The translations under genes and the position numbers were made by a program. From contig OX597814.1 in assembly GCA_951406725.2 (NCBI GenBank), positions 43,338,001 to 43,402,000 of the forward strand: 64,000 nt of DNA, in the 5' to 3' direction. Shown one piece after another: positions 12,785 to 26,399 of this stretch; within the stretch, counting starts at the first letter, position 1, and the number at the start of each line of letters is the position of its first letter. Below the pieces are notes generated by a model. It worked only from the letters and a program-made list of their open reading frames with translations. It was not told the origin of the DNA and did no database searches. This DNA is from Octopus vulgaris. Lineage: Eukaryota.

Positions 12785-13200
12785 AGGCGGCGTCCTGGTA
12801 GAAACTTTAGTACGCCGGGCGAAATGCTTAGCGTTATTTCGTCTGCCGCTACGTTCTGAGTTCAAATTCCACCGAGTTCGACTTTGCCTTTCATCCTTTC
12901 GAGGTCGATTAAATAAGTACTAGTTACGCACAGGAGTCGATATAATCGACTTAATTCGTTTGTCTTTCCTTGTTTGTAATCTCTGTGTTTAGCCCCTTGT
13001 GGGTAGTAAATAAATAGGTATTTCGCCTGCCGCTACGTTCTGAGTTCAAATTCAGCCGAGGGCGACATTGCATTTCATACATTCAGGGTCGATTAAATAA
13101 GTACCAGTTGCGCACTGGGGTCGATATAATCGACTTAATCCGTTTGTCTGACCTCGTTTGCCCCCATTGTGTGTAGCCACTAGTGGGCAGTAAAGAAATA
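12785..13200 (+). mobile_element. tRNA-derived SINE (family A) with tandem duplication of its body
   Basis: Head ggcggcgtcctggtagaaac; B box gagttcaaattcc; core ctttcatcctttcgaggtcgattaaataagtac; repeat unit 13018-13200; TSD aggaaaatcatt(t/c)cc at 12767 and 13201. Confidence 0.9.
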
Positions 13201-15681
13201 AGGAAAATCATTCCCTCGGTTTTTTGTTTAATATACCTTTCATTAAACAAAGACGGCTATATTTAATATTCTTTATCAATTTTATATTAAAAAATAACAC
13301 AACCTGAACTGTCTTCGTTCAATGTTTCACTCCCTTTTTTTTCGATATTTTTCAGATCTTTTAAATTTCTGAACTGTAATTTGCCTGTAAATTGTCCTTT
13401 ACTTATTAACTGTTTAAAAAACAAAAATTATCGCTTCTACAATGTCAATACTAATTATTAAACTGTACGACTATATATTCACCTGATTAAGGGCGCATTT
13501 TGTTTCTGCGCTGAGAGTTGTTTCATTGTTTGCCTTTCAATATACTTTAGTTCATCTTTCCTCTATTCATTAACTCCCTATTCATACTTAATGGATGTCT
13601 CATTCAAGATGAATTCTTGTATGGAATTTCTTGCTTGTTTATTTTAGATTTTAAACAGTCCATGCTAAAAAACGTTTTTAGTGAAATAAAGTTTTATCGA
13701 TTATCCTTCACTTCTCTTATGTATTAGCTTCCCATCCTTCCAAGCCGCTTATATACTACCTCAACATTTAGGAATACTATGCCCTTGCCATAAAGAACAA
13801 AATCATCCTTAAACAGGAGAGTTAAGTTTTACTCCCCTTCATTTCTTGTGAATATGCTTTTGTTTAGATTTCTGTGGTACAATATGGAAAAAAGATCAAA
13901 GCTACAGAAAAACAATCTCATACATATATATAAATGGAGGTGCCCCAGCACGGCCGGAGCTCGTGAACTGATACTAGGTAAAATAAAATATATATATATG
14001 GATATGTATATGTATTTGTATGTGCACCGTAATAGTTTAGAAAAGAAAAACCTTTGGTTTCATATCTAGCGTGAACTAGACATTTCTACATTTTATCTAA
14101 AGGATAACCGTTCTCAGCAAAGAATGATTAAAAAAAAAACAAGAACGCCGGTGGTAATCCAAGGATTATTTCTCTTTAAAACTTATGGCCGGGTGAGTTT
14201 TCTTCCTTCTCTTGATAGCTAGGTTTTCCAGTTTTGAAGTAAAACTGGTGTTCAGGTAGTCTTCTGGCTCATGTCTGTTCATGAGGACACTATACCATAT
14301 ACAATTTACAGTCTTGTTCCATTGCACCTGATGTTAAAGGGCATATGATCGTCCATTAGGCGACTAAAGTTTGCACCGTGTGCTGTTGTGTTGCGTCTCT
14401 CAGGGCCCCTGATAGAAGATCTGTGGTTGTCCAGATCAAAATTTTTGTTTTGTTCTTTGTAACATTCAGTATTTGCGATGTTGTCTTCAATAAGCAATAT
14501 TATGTAATATATTATAAAATATTTGGTTCATGGTACAGAAAAATAGTGGCTAATCTGCAGAAATAAAGATCAGAATCAGAATCAGAATCATAACACTTAT
14601 TTGACCCAGAAACAAGTCTTACGTAACTTATCCTTTATTTAACCTGAAATTTGTTGCACAGGGTTATTAGTACTTCATTTTGGGGGCAGATTATTTACTT
14701 CTAAACACATACATTTGTTTCTTTCTAGTTACTCAAATGCTACATATGTACATTTTGGAGAAAAAAGTATGGTAGAACTGTATGGATATCATTAAAATAT
14801 TTTAACGAACAAGTTAAAAACGTTATCAGATGATGGATGTATAATCAAAAATCCCAATGTATGGAGTATTTTCCAAATTGTTTTTAATACGCAGTTGGTA
14901 ATAAAACAATAGCCTTCAGTTATACTAAAATAAACTACACAATTGCGCGAACAAAATGCATTAGAATGTTACATGATATATTTCAACAGCATCACATTCA
15001 CATTCACATACAACAGAAATGATTTTCGTCTTACATCTGGCTCTAAATCAGCATATTCCTGAATTTGGCATGGAATGGATAATGCATCATATTTGTGCCT
15101 CACTTTAATAGACATATGCATATAATATATGTAAGTATGTAAGAAGATACATATATTGATGTTTGTTATTATGTCAAGTTATAATTGGGATTGAACATAA
15201 ACATGATCACTTGACGTTTGGTATATATATCAATATCGTTACTTGTAAAAAGAAGATTTCAAAGTTGTGTATGAAGGGGTATAGAAGAAAATAGAATGTA
15301 AGTATGTGCTTATAAGATGTGGGCTTATTAAAAATTATGATGAGGCCATTTGTGTATGATAAAGAAATATTATTAGTGTTTATGATTCAGTCGGCCTTGT
15401 AATTACAGATATAATTATATATATATATATATATACATATATATATAATTGAGTAGTTGAATGAATTATCTTATTATGGATAATTCGGTTAACCGATACC
15501 TGGGTAGCAAATTCATGTCAGAAAAACACGGTTGAAGCTACATGCCTAGGGCAGAGATCACGTGCTATCGTGTGGAAAATTTGTGTGTTTTTTTAAATAC
15601 AAATAAATGAAAGAATGGAGTTCCGTGCGGGCAGTCATCTAAACGTTTTTGTGCATCTTGATGCTGACATAAGTTCCTTAC

Positions 15682-15764
15682 TTTTCCTGATGAGAAGGCG
15701 GCATAATGCACCCCTTATTCCTTCGAAATTAGGAATATGCAGCCTTCGAAACATATGTCGAAAA
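15682..15764 (+). ncRNA. Minimal type I hammerhead ribozyme
   Basis: Stem I ttttc/gaaaa; core CTGATGA 15687-15693; stem II gaaggcggcata/tatgcagccttc; GAAA 15748-15751; palindromic stem III acatatgt; GTC cleavage triplet ending at 15759. Confidence 0.75.
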
Positions 15765-15813
15765 TAAAATAAAGGAATTTTGTTAATTCGTTGTTCAACT
15801 CCATTCTTTCATT

Positions 15814-15869
<56 letters not shown>

Positions 15870-15871
<2 letters not shown>

Positions 15872-16015
15872 CTGTATTTGTTTCAGTCCCTTCACTGCGA
15901 CCATGTTGGAGCGCAGCCTTGCAGTGTTTCTGTCGAACAATTCGACCCCAGGACTTACTCTCGGAACCGGAAACCATGTGGTCGGGAGGGATGCTTCTTA
16001 CCACGCAGCCATGCC
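15870..16015 (-). mobile_element. Internally deleted family B SINE
   Basis: Tail (cf. 4650-4730) joined directly to the head (cf. 6080-6134). Confidence 0.7.
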
Positions 16016-16849
16016 TATATATATATATATATATATATATGCATGTATGTATGTATGTATGTATTAACAAAACAAATTTATTTGGAATACAATCAGCTTA
16101 TACTCCTTTTGTTTGTCTTGTATATTCCTCATGATACGCCTACATTTATTCTCCAAATCCACACATGTATCATTTATTTATAGGAAGAAATCCATTTTCT
16201 TCTGAAAAAATGGCGGATTGTACGAGATCACAAAATTTCTCTACACATTCGAATATTGTTTTAGAAAGCTTCTATTTATAAATACACATAAGTCAAAAGG
16301 ATTACAATAGAATAATTCCTCTTAAAAACGTTTATAATCATGTTATGTAACTATTTGATTGTCCTTGTTGCGGCATTAAAACATTAAGCGTGCGCCTTTG
16401 TTTTGGACGCATTTCTGCACAAATCCAATTGAGGTACACACCCGCAAGCCATGTATGTTACTAGGATTTTAATCTATGGTGTTAAGCGTAATGATATCAC
16501 TGAATACTGACCCTACACCCGAGTTGAATTTTCATATTTAACTACTAGCGAGGAAGTATACGTAAAATTTCAGATGGCAATCGAGACTCATGTCGTCTAT
16601 ATCCTCGTCGCGAGAATATAGATAATTACCAATGAGATCGAATCTACAGTAGAATTGTTGTTTACTATATCATTAACATTAATTCGCCTTTGTAGGGAAT
16701 TCTGAAATACTTTCCGAAAAGCGATCTTCCAAAAGCTTCTATTAGGCTCTCAGTCGGGACTAAAAAGGAAATTAGTACTAGTTACAAAAAGGGAGAATGA
16801 ACAGCTATTCAAAGCGTTACGAAAGATTTTTGACTTCTTTTCCTTTCTC

Positions 16850-17400
16850 TTCTTCTTCTTCTTCTTCTTCTTCTTCTTCTTCTTCTTCTTCTTCTTCTTC
16901 TTCTTCTTCTTCTTCTTCTTCTTCTTCTTCTTCTTCTTCTTCTTCTTCTTCTTCTTCTTCTTCTTCTTCTTCTTCTTCTTCTTCTTCATCATCATCTTCT
17001 TCTTCTTCTTCTTTCAGCATTCACCCGGGGTGTGTTGAGCTGACTTCATTCATCCTCAATGCTGCCTCTCTCACAAACGCCGACCAAGCCTGGCGATTTG
17101 AGACTAACGACAGCGCGATCTCTAACCACTTCTTATTCTAGCGGCGAACGCAGTAGATATGGGGGCCTAGGTTGGGTTCCAGATCAGCCTTGACTGTCAT
17201 CAGCCAGGTTTTACGTTGTCCACCACATCGCTTTCGCCAACCCTGAAGGGGAGCTGGGGCAATTGCTTCGTAGATGAATTCTTCTGGTTGACGACGGTGG
17301 GCATGACCCAGCCAACGCAGACGTCTCGTTAGGATGACTTGTCGGATGGAGGTGATTCTGCACTGGTGTCGCACCGAATATTCCCTCCTCTGACTGTCCT
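16850..17400 (-). mobile_element. RTE-like LINE 3' end with (GAA)n tail
   Basis: ORF 17138-17404 contains RRLRWLGHAHRR...GWRKRCGGQRKTWL, typical of RTE C termini; (TTC)n at 16850-17013 abuts the 3' end. Confidence 0.8.
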
Positions 17401-18249
17401 GCAATTAAAATCCTCACGTAAGTACATTTTCATAAACTATTGCTCACATCAATGAAATGAGTTTACTCTAAACACACTAATATAGTACACAGCTTTCTGA
17501 CTTGCTTATACGTTGATGTTAATTTTATTCCCAAGAGATTTCAGACAAAATAGACCGAAATCTTAATCTAGCCTAGACCCATTATCCGAATTTTCTCCAG
17601 GAATTGGTTAATGAAATATTTAGTAACCAATTTCTTTATTTTAAAAGCTCAGGTTGAGCTTTGCTTCGTATTTACATGTGTTACTAGAAATTGTCTTAAA
17701 ATATACAACATAGTCTAATAACCAGAGAAATTATCTTTATCTCCTCGAACTCAACTCTCACTCGCAATCAGTTACACTCCTCCCTTCCTTTTCCATTCCC
17801 CCACTCACTTTCTCTGCCCTTCTCTCACATAATGCTTTTCTCTCTCTCTCTCCCTCACCCTCTTTCTCTTTCTGTCGTTCTGTCTTTCTTTATCTTTCAC
17901 ACATACTCACTCACGCACACACGCCACTTCCCCTTTTTCACGTGAGGAAGATGAATATTATTCTATCGTTGTGACGTTCAGTGTGGCCGGTATTTACTGT
18001 TCAGTTTTGAATCGTTTTCCTGGGCTACAACAATGTATCTATAAAATTATAATCGAGGAGATTTATACAATATAAGCCTTTTCCTTTGCTATCGCAGTCC
18101 TACTGTGATTTTTGGTTTCTGATTGTAGTCATTTCTAATATCTGTTGCAACCAACACCGTTAATAAGTGTCGCAGCTGTCGTTTCTTTCGTAGAAACTGA
18201 TTTCTTCATTCCTTCTTGTAAAGAAAGAGAGTAAATATACTTCACTGAA

Positions 18250-18900
18250 TTATTCTATGTGTATGCAACATCAGGATCCGGATACGATACTAAATTTAAA
18301 AGCAGCTAGCCATCAATTTAGAAAATTATTTGTACATTGGTTTCCTCGCAGCAGCGTAAATTCTGAAAGCAGGAGTTTTATTATCACGAACATAAAAACC
18401 GGAAATGTTTTTGGCGACCTGTCAACAACATTTCGGAAAGTATTACGTACCGGCATATTATCATATATTGTTTGGTAGTTTTGGTATTCAGACTAACTTT
18501 CTTTTCAAATTTTATAGATTTTAGTTTATATAAACCACTCTAAAGCTCATGAAAACAAAGTTAATCTAGATATTCCATGATTATATACAAATCACCCAAC
18601 CAAAAACAGACGTAGCTTTTAGATAAGGACTTGATTGTTAATTTGTTGATTACATTCAGTACATTGGTTTTCACAAAATGTTTCATTTTTCACGTAAGAT
18701 TCTTCATCTTACAATATTCACAGATAAATTCGAATAATTAAAACACTATACATATATTAAGATTTTAATATCTTATCTTCATTAAAATGTTGGCATGTAT
18801 TGTCTGTTATATGTTTTGATAAAAGCAAGTTTAGGTTATTAGGTTATAACTCATTATAAGGAAAATTTTCAAATTTGGATAAATATCATTTGCTTACTAG
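18250..18900 (+). pseudogene. Possible very degenerate Penelope-like RT remnant
   Basis: LDIP*LYTN-like reading near 18565; otherwise decayed. Confidence 0.3.
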
Positions 18901-19044
18901 TTCTACACTCTACGATAATCTCGTATGCTATATCATGATTATATTCGAGTAACACTGTATGTGTAAACTTAAAGGATGTGATTGTGATATATACATATAT
19001 ACGGGCATATATGAATACATGTATGTATACATGAATTTACACAC

Positions 19045-19107
<63 letters not shown>

Positions 19108-19126
19108 CATTCATACATACATACAT

Positions 19127-19207
<81 letters not shown>

Positions 19208-19369
19208 AATACATGTAGATATATAGCCGGTTAGATCATGAAGAATCTAAGTAGTTTAATTTTTATTCCAAAGTAACATATAAGTCCCAGCATTCTTATC
19301 GAAATTTTACGGGTTATATATGAAGTTGTTGTGCGTGACTTTTCTAGTTATGCTACAGATGAGATTCTT

Positions 19370-19942
19370 CTATATAACAAGATGTACGTTCAGAGAATGT
19401 GTGAAGATGTATTGGTTTAGGAAACAAGGTTTCAACACTTTCGGTTTCAGAAAGTTGGCAGCGGATTTATTGCTATATATCTTCCATGTTATATCGTAAC
19501 GCATGGTTTTGCATTCAAGTCTCCTACGTAAGTCGAATGGAAAATGAATTCTGATTGCCAAACCTTGTGGCTATACGGTAGATTGTAAAATTGAAATGAT
19601 TGGAGGTGAAAGAAATATATGCCACAGAGAGCTTATAATATTACTTCGTATACACGTAAAGCTGTCAGTTGCAGTCTAAAGGTAAAATATTAAAGCTGAT
19701 TCTACTTCGGCATCTCACTTTTCATGTGCGTAAAGATAGGTTAGTTTCCAGAGATTGTAAATAGTGCAGTTTTGTGTAATATTAGACTTGGTTTCGTATT
19801 TCTTTTCTCTTGTATTTGTTATAGAATTTATACTATGGTGAAAAATGTGAACAATATTTTCACGAGCGGCATTGTTACAATACGTTGTAAATTCAAACGT
19901 ATAGGTTTTCATTTCCTTTAATTTGTCTTGTATCTTCATTAC

Positions 19943-20011
<69 letters not shown>

Positions 20012-20900
20012 TCAATCCAAACATGAAAACACAAAGAGAAAACAACAACGCGAGGACGTGGAACAAGTATAGTGTTATTGGACGCTCAGGAAAGGAAAGA
20101 AAGAAGGAGGATTAAACGTTTCGAGCGGAGCTCTTCGTCAGAAACATAGGAAAAGGAAAGATCCAATGAAAGGAAGAGGGAGGAAAAAAATCGCCAACGA
20201 TACACACGCAGTCACATGTATATATATATACTTGAATCACTCAGGAAATTCAATACGGAGTAGAGAAACATTAAAATATGTAAAGAAATCCTAATAATTT
20301 TATCATTGTTTATGAGAGATTAAGAGCTTCGATGTTTAATAGTAAGGTTATAAAGGATTGTTATGATTTAATTTAAAATCTGACGTGATTCGGTTTTAAA
20401 GATACGGAAGAGTGTGTCCTTGAACTTCATTCAGTTTTAAGAAGTCAAATACTAGTATGATTGCCTTTCAACTTGTATTCATTCTGTATTTAGTAATTTT
20501 CTCCAAAAGTTTTAAGTTTTGAAACATAATCTCTATCTTCAAGTCATTGTAAATTATATTTATGCTTTCACCACAGGCAGAGTCTGTGATTGTAAATGTA
20601 TTTTTGAAATATATAAATCTTTAGAAATAAGAAATGATTTTTAAGTTTAAGTAAATCTTTACATCTAGTTTCCCTTATAAAATATAAAATAATTAGATCA
20701 TGTAATATCTCCGAGGTTGTGGCATAGCATTCTAAACATTTTAATACTTTAAATATGTTTTTCTATACCATCATACAGATGTTGCAAAATATCTCAATAC
20801 GCCTAAAAATAGATCTAGAGAAGTAATATGGTTCACCCATATTAAGCAACAAATTACTGACTCTTTTAATCATTTTTCAGTAAACCATAAAGACAGGAAA
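19370..20900 (-). mobile_element. Old Penelope-like remnant interrupted by (TA)n and a short repeat
   Basis: RYDITWKI motif (GIY-YIG C-terminal region) in ORF 19370-19561; thumb-like traces at 20300-20420. Confidence 0.4.
20007..20218 (-). mobile_element. Short repeat in (TA)n carrying a hammerhead-like core
   Basis: Minus strand CTGACGA-A-GAGC-TCC-GCTC-GAAA-CG-TT at 20141-20114; related degenerate motif at 22265-22293 (+). Confidence 0.55.
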
Positions 20901-21129
20901 TGTTTTACCAGAGGTTCGATTAGAATACTCTTTTAGAAGTAAGAATTCCACCGCACTACTTAATTCTAGATCCGAAATTTTCAGCAAAGGCAAGTATACA
21001 GGCAATTTTGTTTAGATGAACTAGAGGACATCCCCCTCTACAGATTGAGTGGTTGTCTAACTTACATTTAATCTTAACTCTTTCTTTCCCAACAATATTG
21101 TTATACAGAATTCGTACCCACAGACCTTA

Positions 21130-22157
21130 TGAAAATGATAACAACCAAACAATGCTGAGTGATTTTCTCGTATGAGTACAAACTGGGACACTCTGCCAGA
21201 AGGTCTACGGAATATCAAGCGGGCATTTGGTATTAGTTTTGTTGGCATCTGAACTGTTTAGAGATGGTTTCAAAGATCTTTTTCAGGAGATGATAGCCTT
21301 GAAAATAAACCAATGGTAGGCCAAAATCAGTTATTCGCCATGATGGATTAAATGATTCGGTTGAAACAATTCCGAGTACAAAGGTTCGAAATCATTCATC
21401 AGAACTCCAAATAACTTGCACAACTTTTTCGGACACCTGTAAAATATTGGAAGAGTCAAGAAAACGGATAGGTTTCTTCCACATCAACTGAATGAGATTA
21501 AATAAAAAAACAGAGGCCTGAAAGTGTACGCTTTATTGTTTTCTCGACTGGAAAAAAGACTCTTTTTGCATCAAATCCTTACTTGTGATGAGAAATATAT
21601 ACTCTTAGACAACAGCTTGAGAAACGATCAGCGATTCGATGCAGGAGAGTCACTTAAATACTGCTCAAACCCATCATTGCACTCTACAAAGTTAGTTGTC
21701 GCTCTATAGTAGTCTACGAAGAGAGTTATTCATTATTCATTTTTACATGTAAAGCGGTAAGAGCAACATCGTATTGCAGGAAATTGACTGTATGCTGGAG
21801 AATTTGAAAAAAGAAGCAACCCAGACCAGTGAACAGAGATGCCCAATTTTGCTCCACGACAATACACGTCCTCACACTCACCAAGCTAAGGTCCAAATCT
21901 AGGAAGACAAAATTATAAGGTTTTGAACAATCTCCTTATTCCCCTGATATCTGTCCTACTGACCATCACCTCATTACACATTTTTGAGCTTTACATAATA
22001 AATAAAACATTTTTAAATAGAGAAGAACTAATGAACTAATTGAAGTATTCGGATAGTTTGTCACAGCAAAACATAATTTTTTTATAAAGATGGAATATAT
22101 GGCATAGAGAAACGATGGGTAAATGTGATAAATGAATATGGAATATACGTTGATTAA
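21130..22157 (+). pseudogene. Mariner (DD34D) transposase pseudogene
   Basis: YEYKLGHSA, RWFQR, ILTCDEKYILLDN, LLHDNTRPH, SPYSPDICPTDHHL and RWVNVINEYGIYVD* across frames. Confidence 0.9.
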
Positions 22158-22956
22158 ATAAATCAGTTCTCTAACATTTCTGAAACATTTTATTGTAACC
22201 TTTCAAATATGACATTTAATGTGGAATCTAAGATATCTCTCCTCGTTTCTTTCTGTGTTCTTTTCTGTGAAAGCGCGTAGGCTCGAAACGTTACATACCC
22301 GGACATTAAACTAATACATCTGTTTATTGTCTATACCACCTGTCTTCGTCTATTGTTTTTTTGTGAATTTTTGTGTATTTTTTGTGAATATATATATATA
22401 CATGTAGAGAGAGTGAGAGAGAGAGAGAGAGCGAGAGAGAGAAACGAATTTGTGTAAATGGGCATATAATTAGAATAATGAATCAGTTGAAGAAAGATAA
22501 AACCTGATCTGTTTTACAGTTTTTTCCTTTTGTTATTTAAAAAATATATATAATTGTTTTTTACAATGTTGAAGTAAAACATTTAAACAATATTTTGTAA
22601 TGTTCATAAACTCCAATTGCCACGTTCATACGTTAGTAGTAATCATCAGATTTCAAAACGTATTTAACTGACATTTGCGTTCTTAACAACTGTAGAAAAA
22701 TGACTCACTGATTCAGTTTTGTTCCGCTTACAAGGATCCAAGTTTAATTTTTGAAATACGGTTTTCGTCAATCCGCATGCACCTCAACGCCACAGTTTAC
22801 TGGCGTACCAATATTAATGGCATATATCCCGCTTTTAATTTAACCAGTTAGCTTGCAGTTTAAATGTAATGGTTTTATGAGTGAGCAAACTTAGTTGGTT
22901 TCGATCATTTTTATTTTAATTGGTTGGACTCTTCTGTAGTTTTTTAACTACATATG

Positions 22957-24630
22957 TTAAATATATTTTTTAATCCACATTATTAACTGGTTGTTATACC
23001 ATTTTTGTTCTTTCTGTACGAACAGGTTTGAAAATTTTAATAAACCGATTTGCTTGGGCAGAACTACTTTGAGATCTATAAGTCGTATGCTCTTGGTATT
23101 TGGATCATCTGCTATTTTACAAATTTTCCTCGCTAGACAGTACGGGATATTGCGCCTTGTATGTGCTGGGTGGCAAGATTTGAAATGTAGGTACTGGTGT
23201 TTATCTGTGCTTTTGTAATAAATATCAGTTGAGATTGTGGTGTTGTTTTTAAGTACCATTATGTCAAGATATGTTAATTGTGTATTGCTCATTTCTCTGG
23301 GGAATTTGAGACTAGGGAGTAGAATGCTGAGGAGGTTTCTGTATTCTTCCAGATTTTCTAGGGATTTGGTCCAAATTAGGAAACAATCGTCGAAGTACTT
23401 ATTCTATATCTTCTATATGTCTTCTAAAGGTCATGCCATAGTTCTCTTCAATTTTTTTATATAGGTTATGTTCCAAGAATCCCAATACTGAATTCGTGAA
23501 TACTGGAGCAAATTGCATCCTCATATTTGTGCCTCGAAATATGGTGGTGGTTTTAACCGTTGAAAAGGAATGTATTATTTTCGTGGGTGACACAGATAGT
23601 GTCTAGTATGAAGGTTACTGTAAATCTACTGGGGATCGCTACTCTGTGTTTCGGGACGCAATATTTTATAGAAGTAATTCCCAAATCATGTACAATATTC
23701 GTATATAAAATTGTTACATCAAAACTAAAAGTTGTTTTGAGCAAACGTGACAGGAAACCGATGTCATCCCGAATGAAACCGGGTATGTGACTACAAAGTG
23801 GTTTTAGGATAATGTCAACGAGGTTGCTCAGACGAAGTATAGGACAAGCTGAACCAGCTATAACGGGTCTTTGCTTAAGGTCTTTTGTTGTGGTAGTTTT
23901 ATGTATTTACAGCCTTGTTCCTTTATTGCGTTTTATATTCCTTTAGACATGTATTTTAGGTAAGCCATAGTAGTTGCTGGGTTTCGACCCAAAATTGGTA
24001 ATATAGTTCCTTTCATTAGAAGTGGGGAACTTATAATGTTTTGAGACTAAATAATTGAGACCCAAAATTGGTAATATAGTTCCTTTCATTAGAAGTGGGG
24101 AACTTATAATGTTTTGAGACTAAATAATTGAGTTTCTTCATCATGCGATGGACAATATTCGAGGGTATTTCATGGTAGAACGTTGTATCCTTCAAATCAT
24201 ATTCAGCTAGATCGCGGTAATATTTCACATCCATAATAACAATGGCACCCACTTTATCCGCTTGTTTGATGACAATTGTGTTGTCATCTTTAAGGCGAAT
24301 ACGGGCAAGCGCTTCTAATTTTGAAATATATGGTCTGAGGTTGATGGTATACCACAGTGGAAATCTGGAGAGGATATCAATGAACTCACCTAGGTGTGTA
24401 TTTCGTCCTTCTAGAGGGTTAATTTTTAATTTATTTTTCGTCAAGTAGACATAATTCTCATTATTTTTCCAGTAAAAAACTCCACAGACCACTGCTTCCG
24501 ACAAAAAATGTTGGGTACCTTCCGCAAATTCCTGATGGTTGACTGTAGGTGTAGGTGTGAACTGTAGTCCTTTCATCAATAATTAAAGTTCGTCACTGTC
24601 CATATTTCTTTTTGACAGTTTAATAAATTT
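22957..24630 (-). mobile_element. Penelope-like reverse transcriptase, frameshifted
   Basis: KGLQFTPTP, IKQADKVGAIVIMD, SFDVTILYTNI, GTNMRMQFAP, YLDIMV...YYKSTDKHQYLHFKSCHP. Confidence 0.92.
23986..24131. repeat. Exact 73-bp tandem duplication
   Basis: 23986-24058 equals 24059-24131. Confidence 0.95.
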
Positions 24631-24684
24631 AGGCTCTATCCTATAAGATGTTTCACACCTGTTTCTTATTGGCCGTTTTCTTTC

Positions 24685-25260
24685 TCATAGTAGGTGATCC
24701 AAATACCAGGATCACACAACTTATAGAACTCAAAGGATTCCCGCTGAGGCAAAATTATCTATTCCTACTGATAGAAAATAGCATACAACGAGCAAAAAAA
24801 GATACTATAGAACTACTTAGGGCAACACAAGAAAGACGAAACCCTGAACTGGAGACAATACCATTCCTATTGACACACAATGCACACCACGACAAATATT
24901 TTTAACATCATCAAAAAAAATTTGCCAATCATGAAACAAAGGGAAAATTTAAAAAGCATAATAACTAATCAAACACTCATTTTTAGCAAAAGGCAATCAC
25001 GTAACCTAAAGAAATTATTAACAAAGGCAAAATGCTACATAAACAAACAGCATAAGTCACTCACAGTACTCAAGTGTAATGCTAACAGATGTGAAATGTA
25101 TCAATACATGCATACTAATAGATCCATTAGAACAAAAATGGACAGATTTTCGCAAATGATGATACGAACTACAAAAGCAGAAATTTGATCTACTACATTA
25201 AAGGCCCGAATTGCGAGGAACCACACATTGGCCATCTACAAATATGTGGCATTCATCCTC
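24685..25260 (+). mobile_element. Penelope-like RT-thumb/linker/GIY-YIG remnant
   Basis: DPNTRITQLIELK, IPFLLTHN, KRQSRNLKKLLTKAK, KCNANRC, NLIYYIKGPNCEEPHIG. Confidence 0.85.
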
Positions 25261-25656
25261 CTTAACAAGTAATGAACATTCAAGTAACAAGTAATGCACC
25301 TCGCTTGCATTTGAGTAATTATAGCTACAAAAAAACGGTTATTCGAACACGTAGAGCTCCACTGAGCCATAACTTGCTCCACTATACTGCACAAGATAGT
25401 TTTCACTTTCCTTCTATACAACGTTCTGATGGCATATTTCTTGTGTTAAACTTGAACTTGTTATGAAAATACCCATTGCCAGTAAATTGGGCATGAAAAC
25501 AGAATGAGGATAACTCATAAACAAGAAAAATAGTTGTGTTATAGTTTTCAGCGAATTCAGCCTGCACTGCCCACGAAGTTAATTGTTTGTAGTCACAGAG
25601 TTTACGGTAGCAAGCAAAATGATTAAATGACTGTGATTATCTCTTCCCAACTGGAA

Positions 25657-26345
25657 AGTTAGTTAGTTAGTTAGTTAATTTAGCTCAAAAGCAAATAGCA
25701 AGGCCATGTAGGGGGACATGGAGTTAAGTACAGGGTGGTGTTCATGTAAAGAGTTCAGGCCACTTGAGGTCCAGGGAGGCTTTGAACAAAGCGGTCGTCG
25801 GCATCTTCACTATCTCGTCTGGCAGCTTGTTCCACGGATCCGCAACCCGGACGGAGAAAGCTCCTCTCCTTCGATTGAGATGAAATCGTCGCAGGTAGAG
25901 CTTTTCGGAATGACCCCGCAGCCGACGCTCTGGAGCAGGAGTGAAGAACAGCTCTTTCGAGAGGTTACACTTTCCGCTTATAATGTTGTGGGCGAGAATG
26001 AGATCACCACGGCGGCGGCGTTTTTCAAGAGAATAAACATCGAGCGTCCTCAGCCTTTCTTCGTAGGACAAATTGTTGAGACCATGAACCATGCGGGTAG
26101 CCAGCTTCTGGACTCTTTAGAGATGCTGTATGTCTTTGAGGAGATAAGGAGAAGAGGCTTGAATCCCATACTCCAATATGGGTCTCACCAGCGTGACATA
26201 GAGTGGTAAGAATATGGCTGCTGTGAGCATTCCGAATGACCGTCGAATCAAGAACAGAATTCCGCGTGCTTTGTTGGCAGCATGGACGCACTGGGCCGAA
26301 GGCGAAAAGGAGGAATCCACCAAGATACCCAGGTCCTTTAGAAAT
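25657..26345 (-). mobile_element. Young 5'-truncated CR1-like LINE 3' end with (AACT)n tail
   Basis: DLGILVDS...YVTLVRPILEYG...LSYEERLRTLDVYSLEKRRRRGDLI...FSVRVADPWNKLP; (AGTT)n at 25657-25677. Confidence 0.92.
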
Positions 26346-26399
26346 GCATGACAGATGCAGATCGAATTCAGTCATTTTCTCAATCAAGATAGACCGATC

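Noticed and set aside
16750-17141. Poly-K, poly-E and poly-S ORFs
   Set aside because: (GAA)n tail of the RTE-like LINE.
25718-26209. 163-aa plus-strand ORF
   Set aside because: Antisense shadow of the CR1-like LINE ORF.
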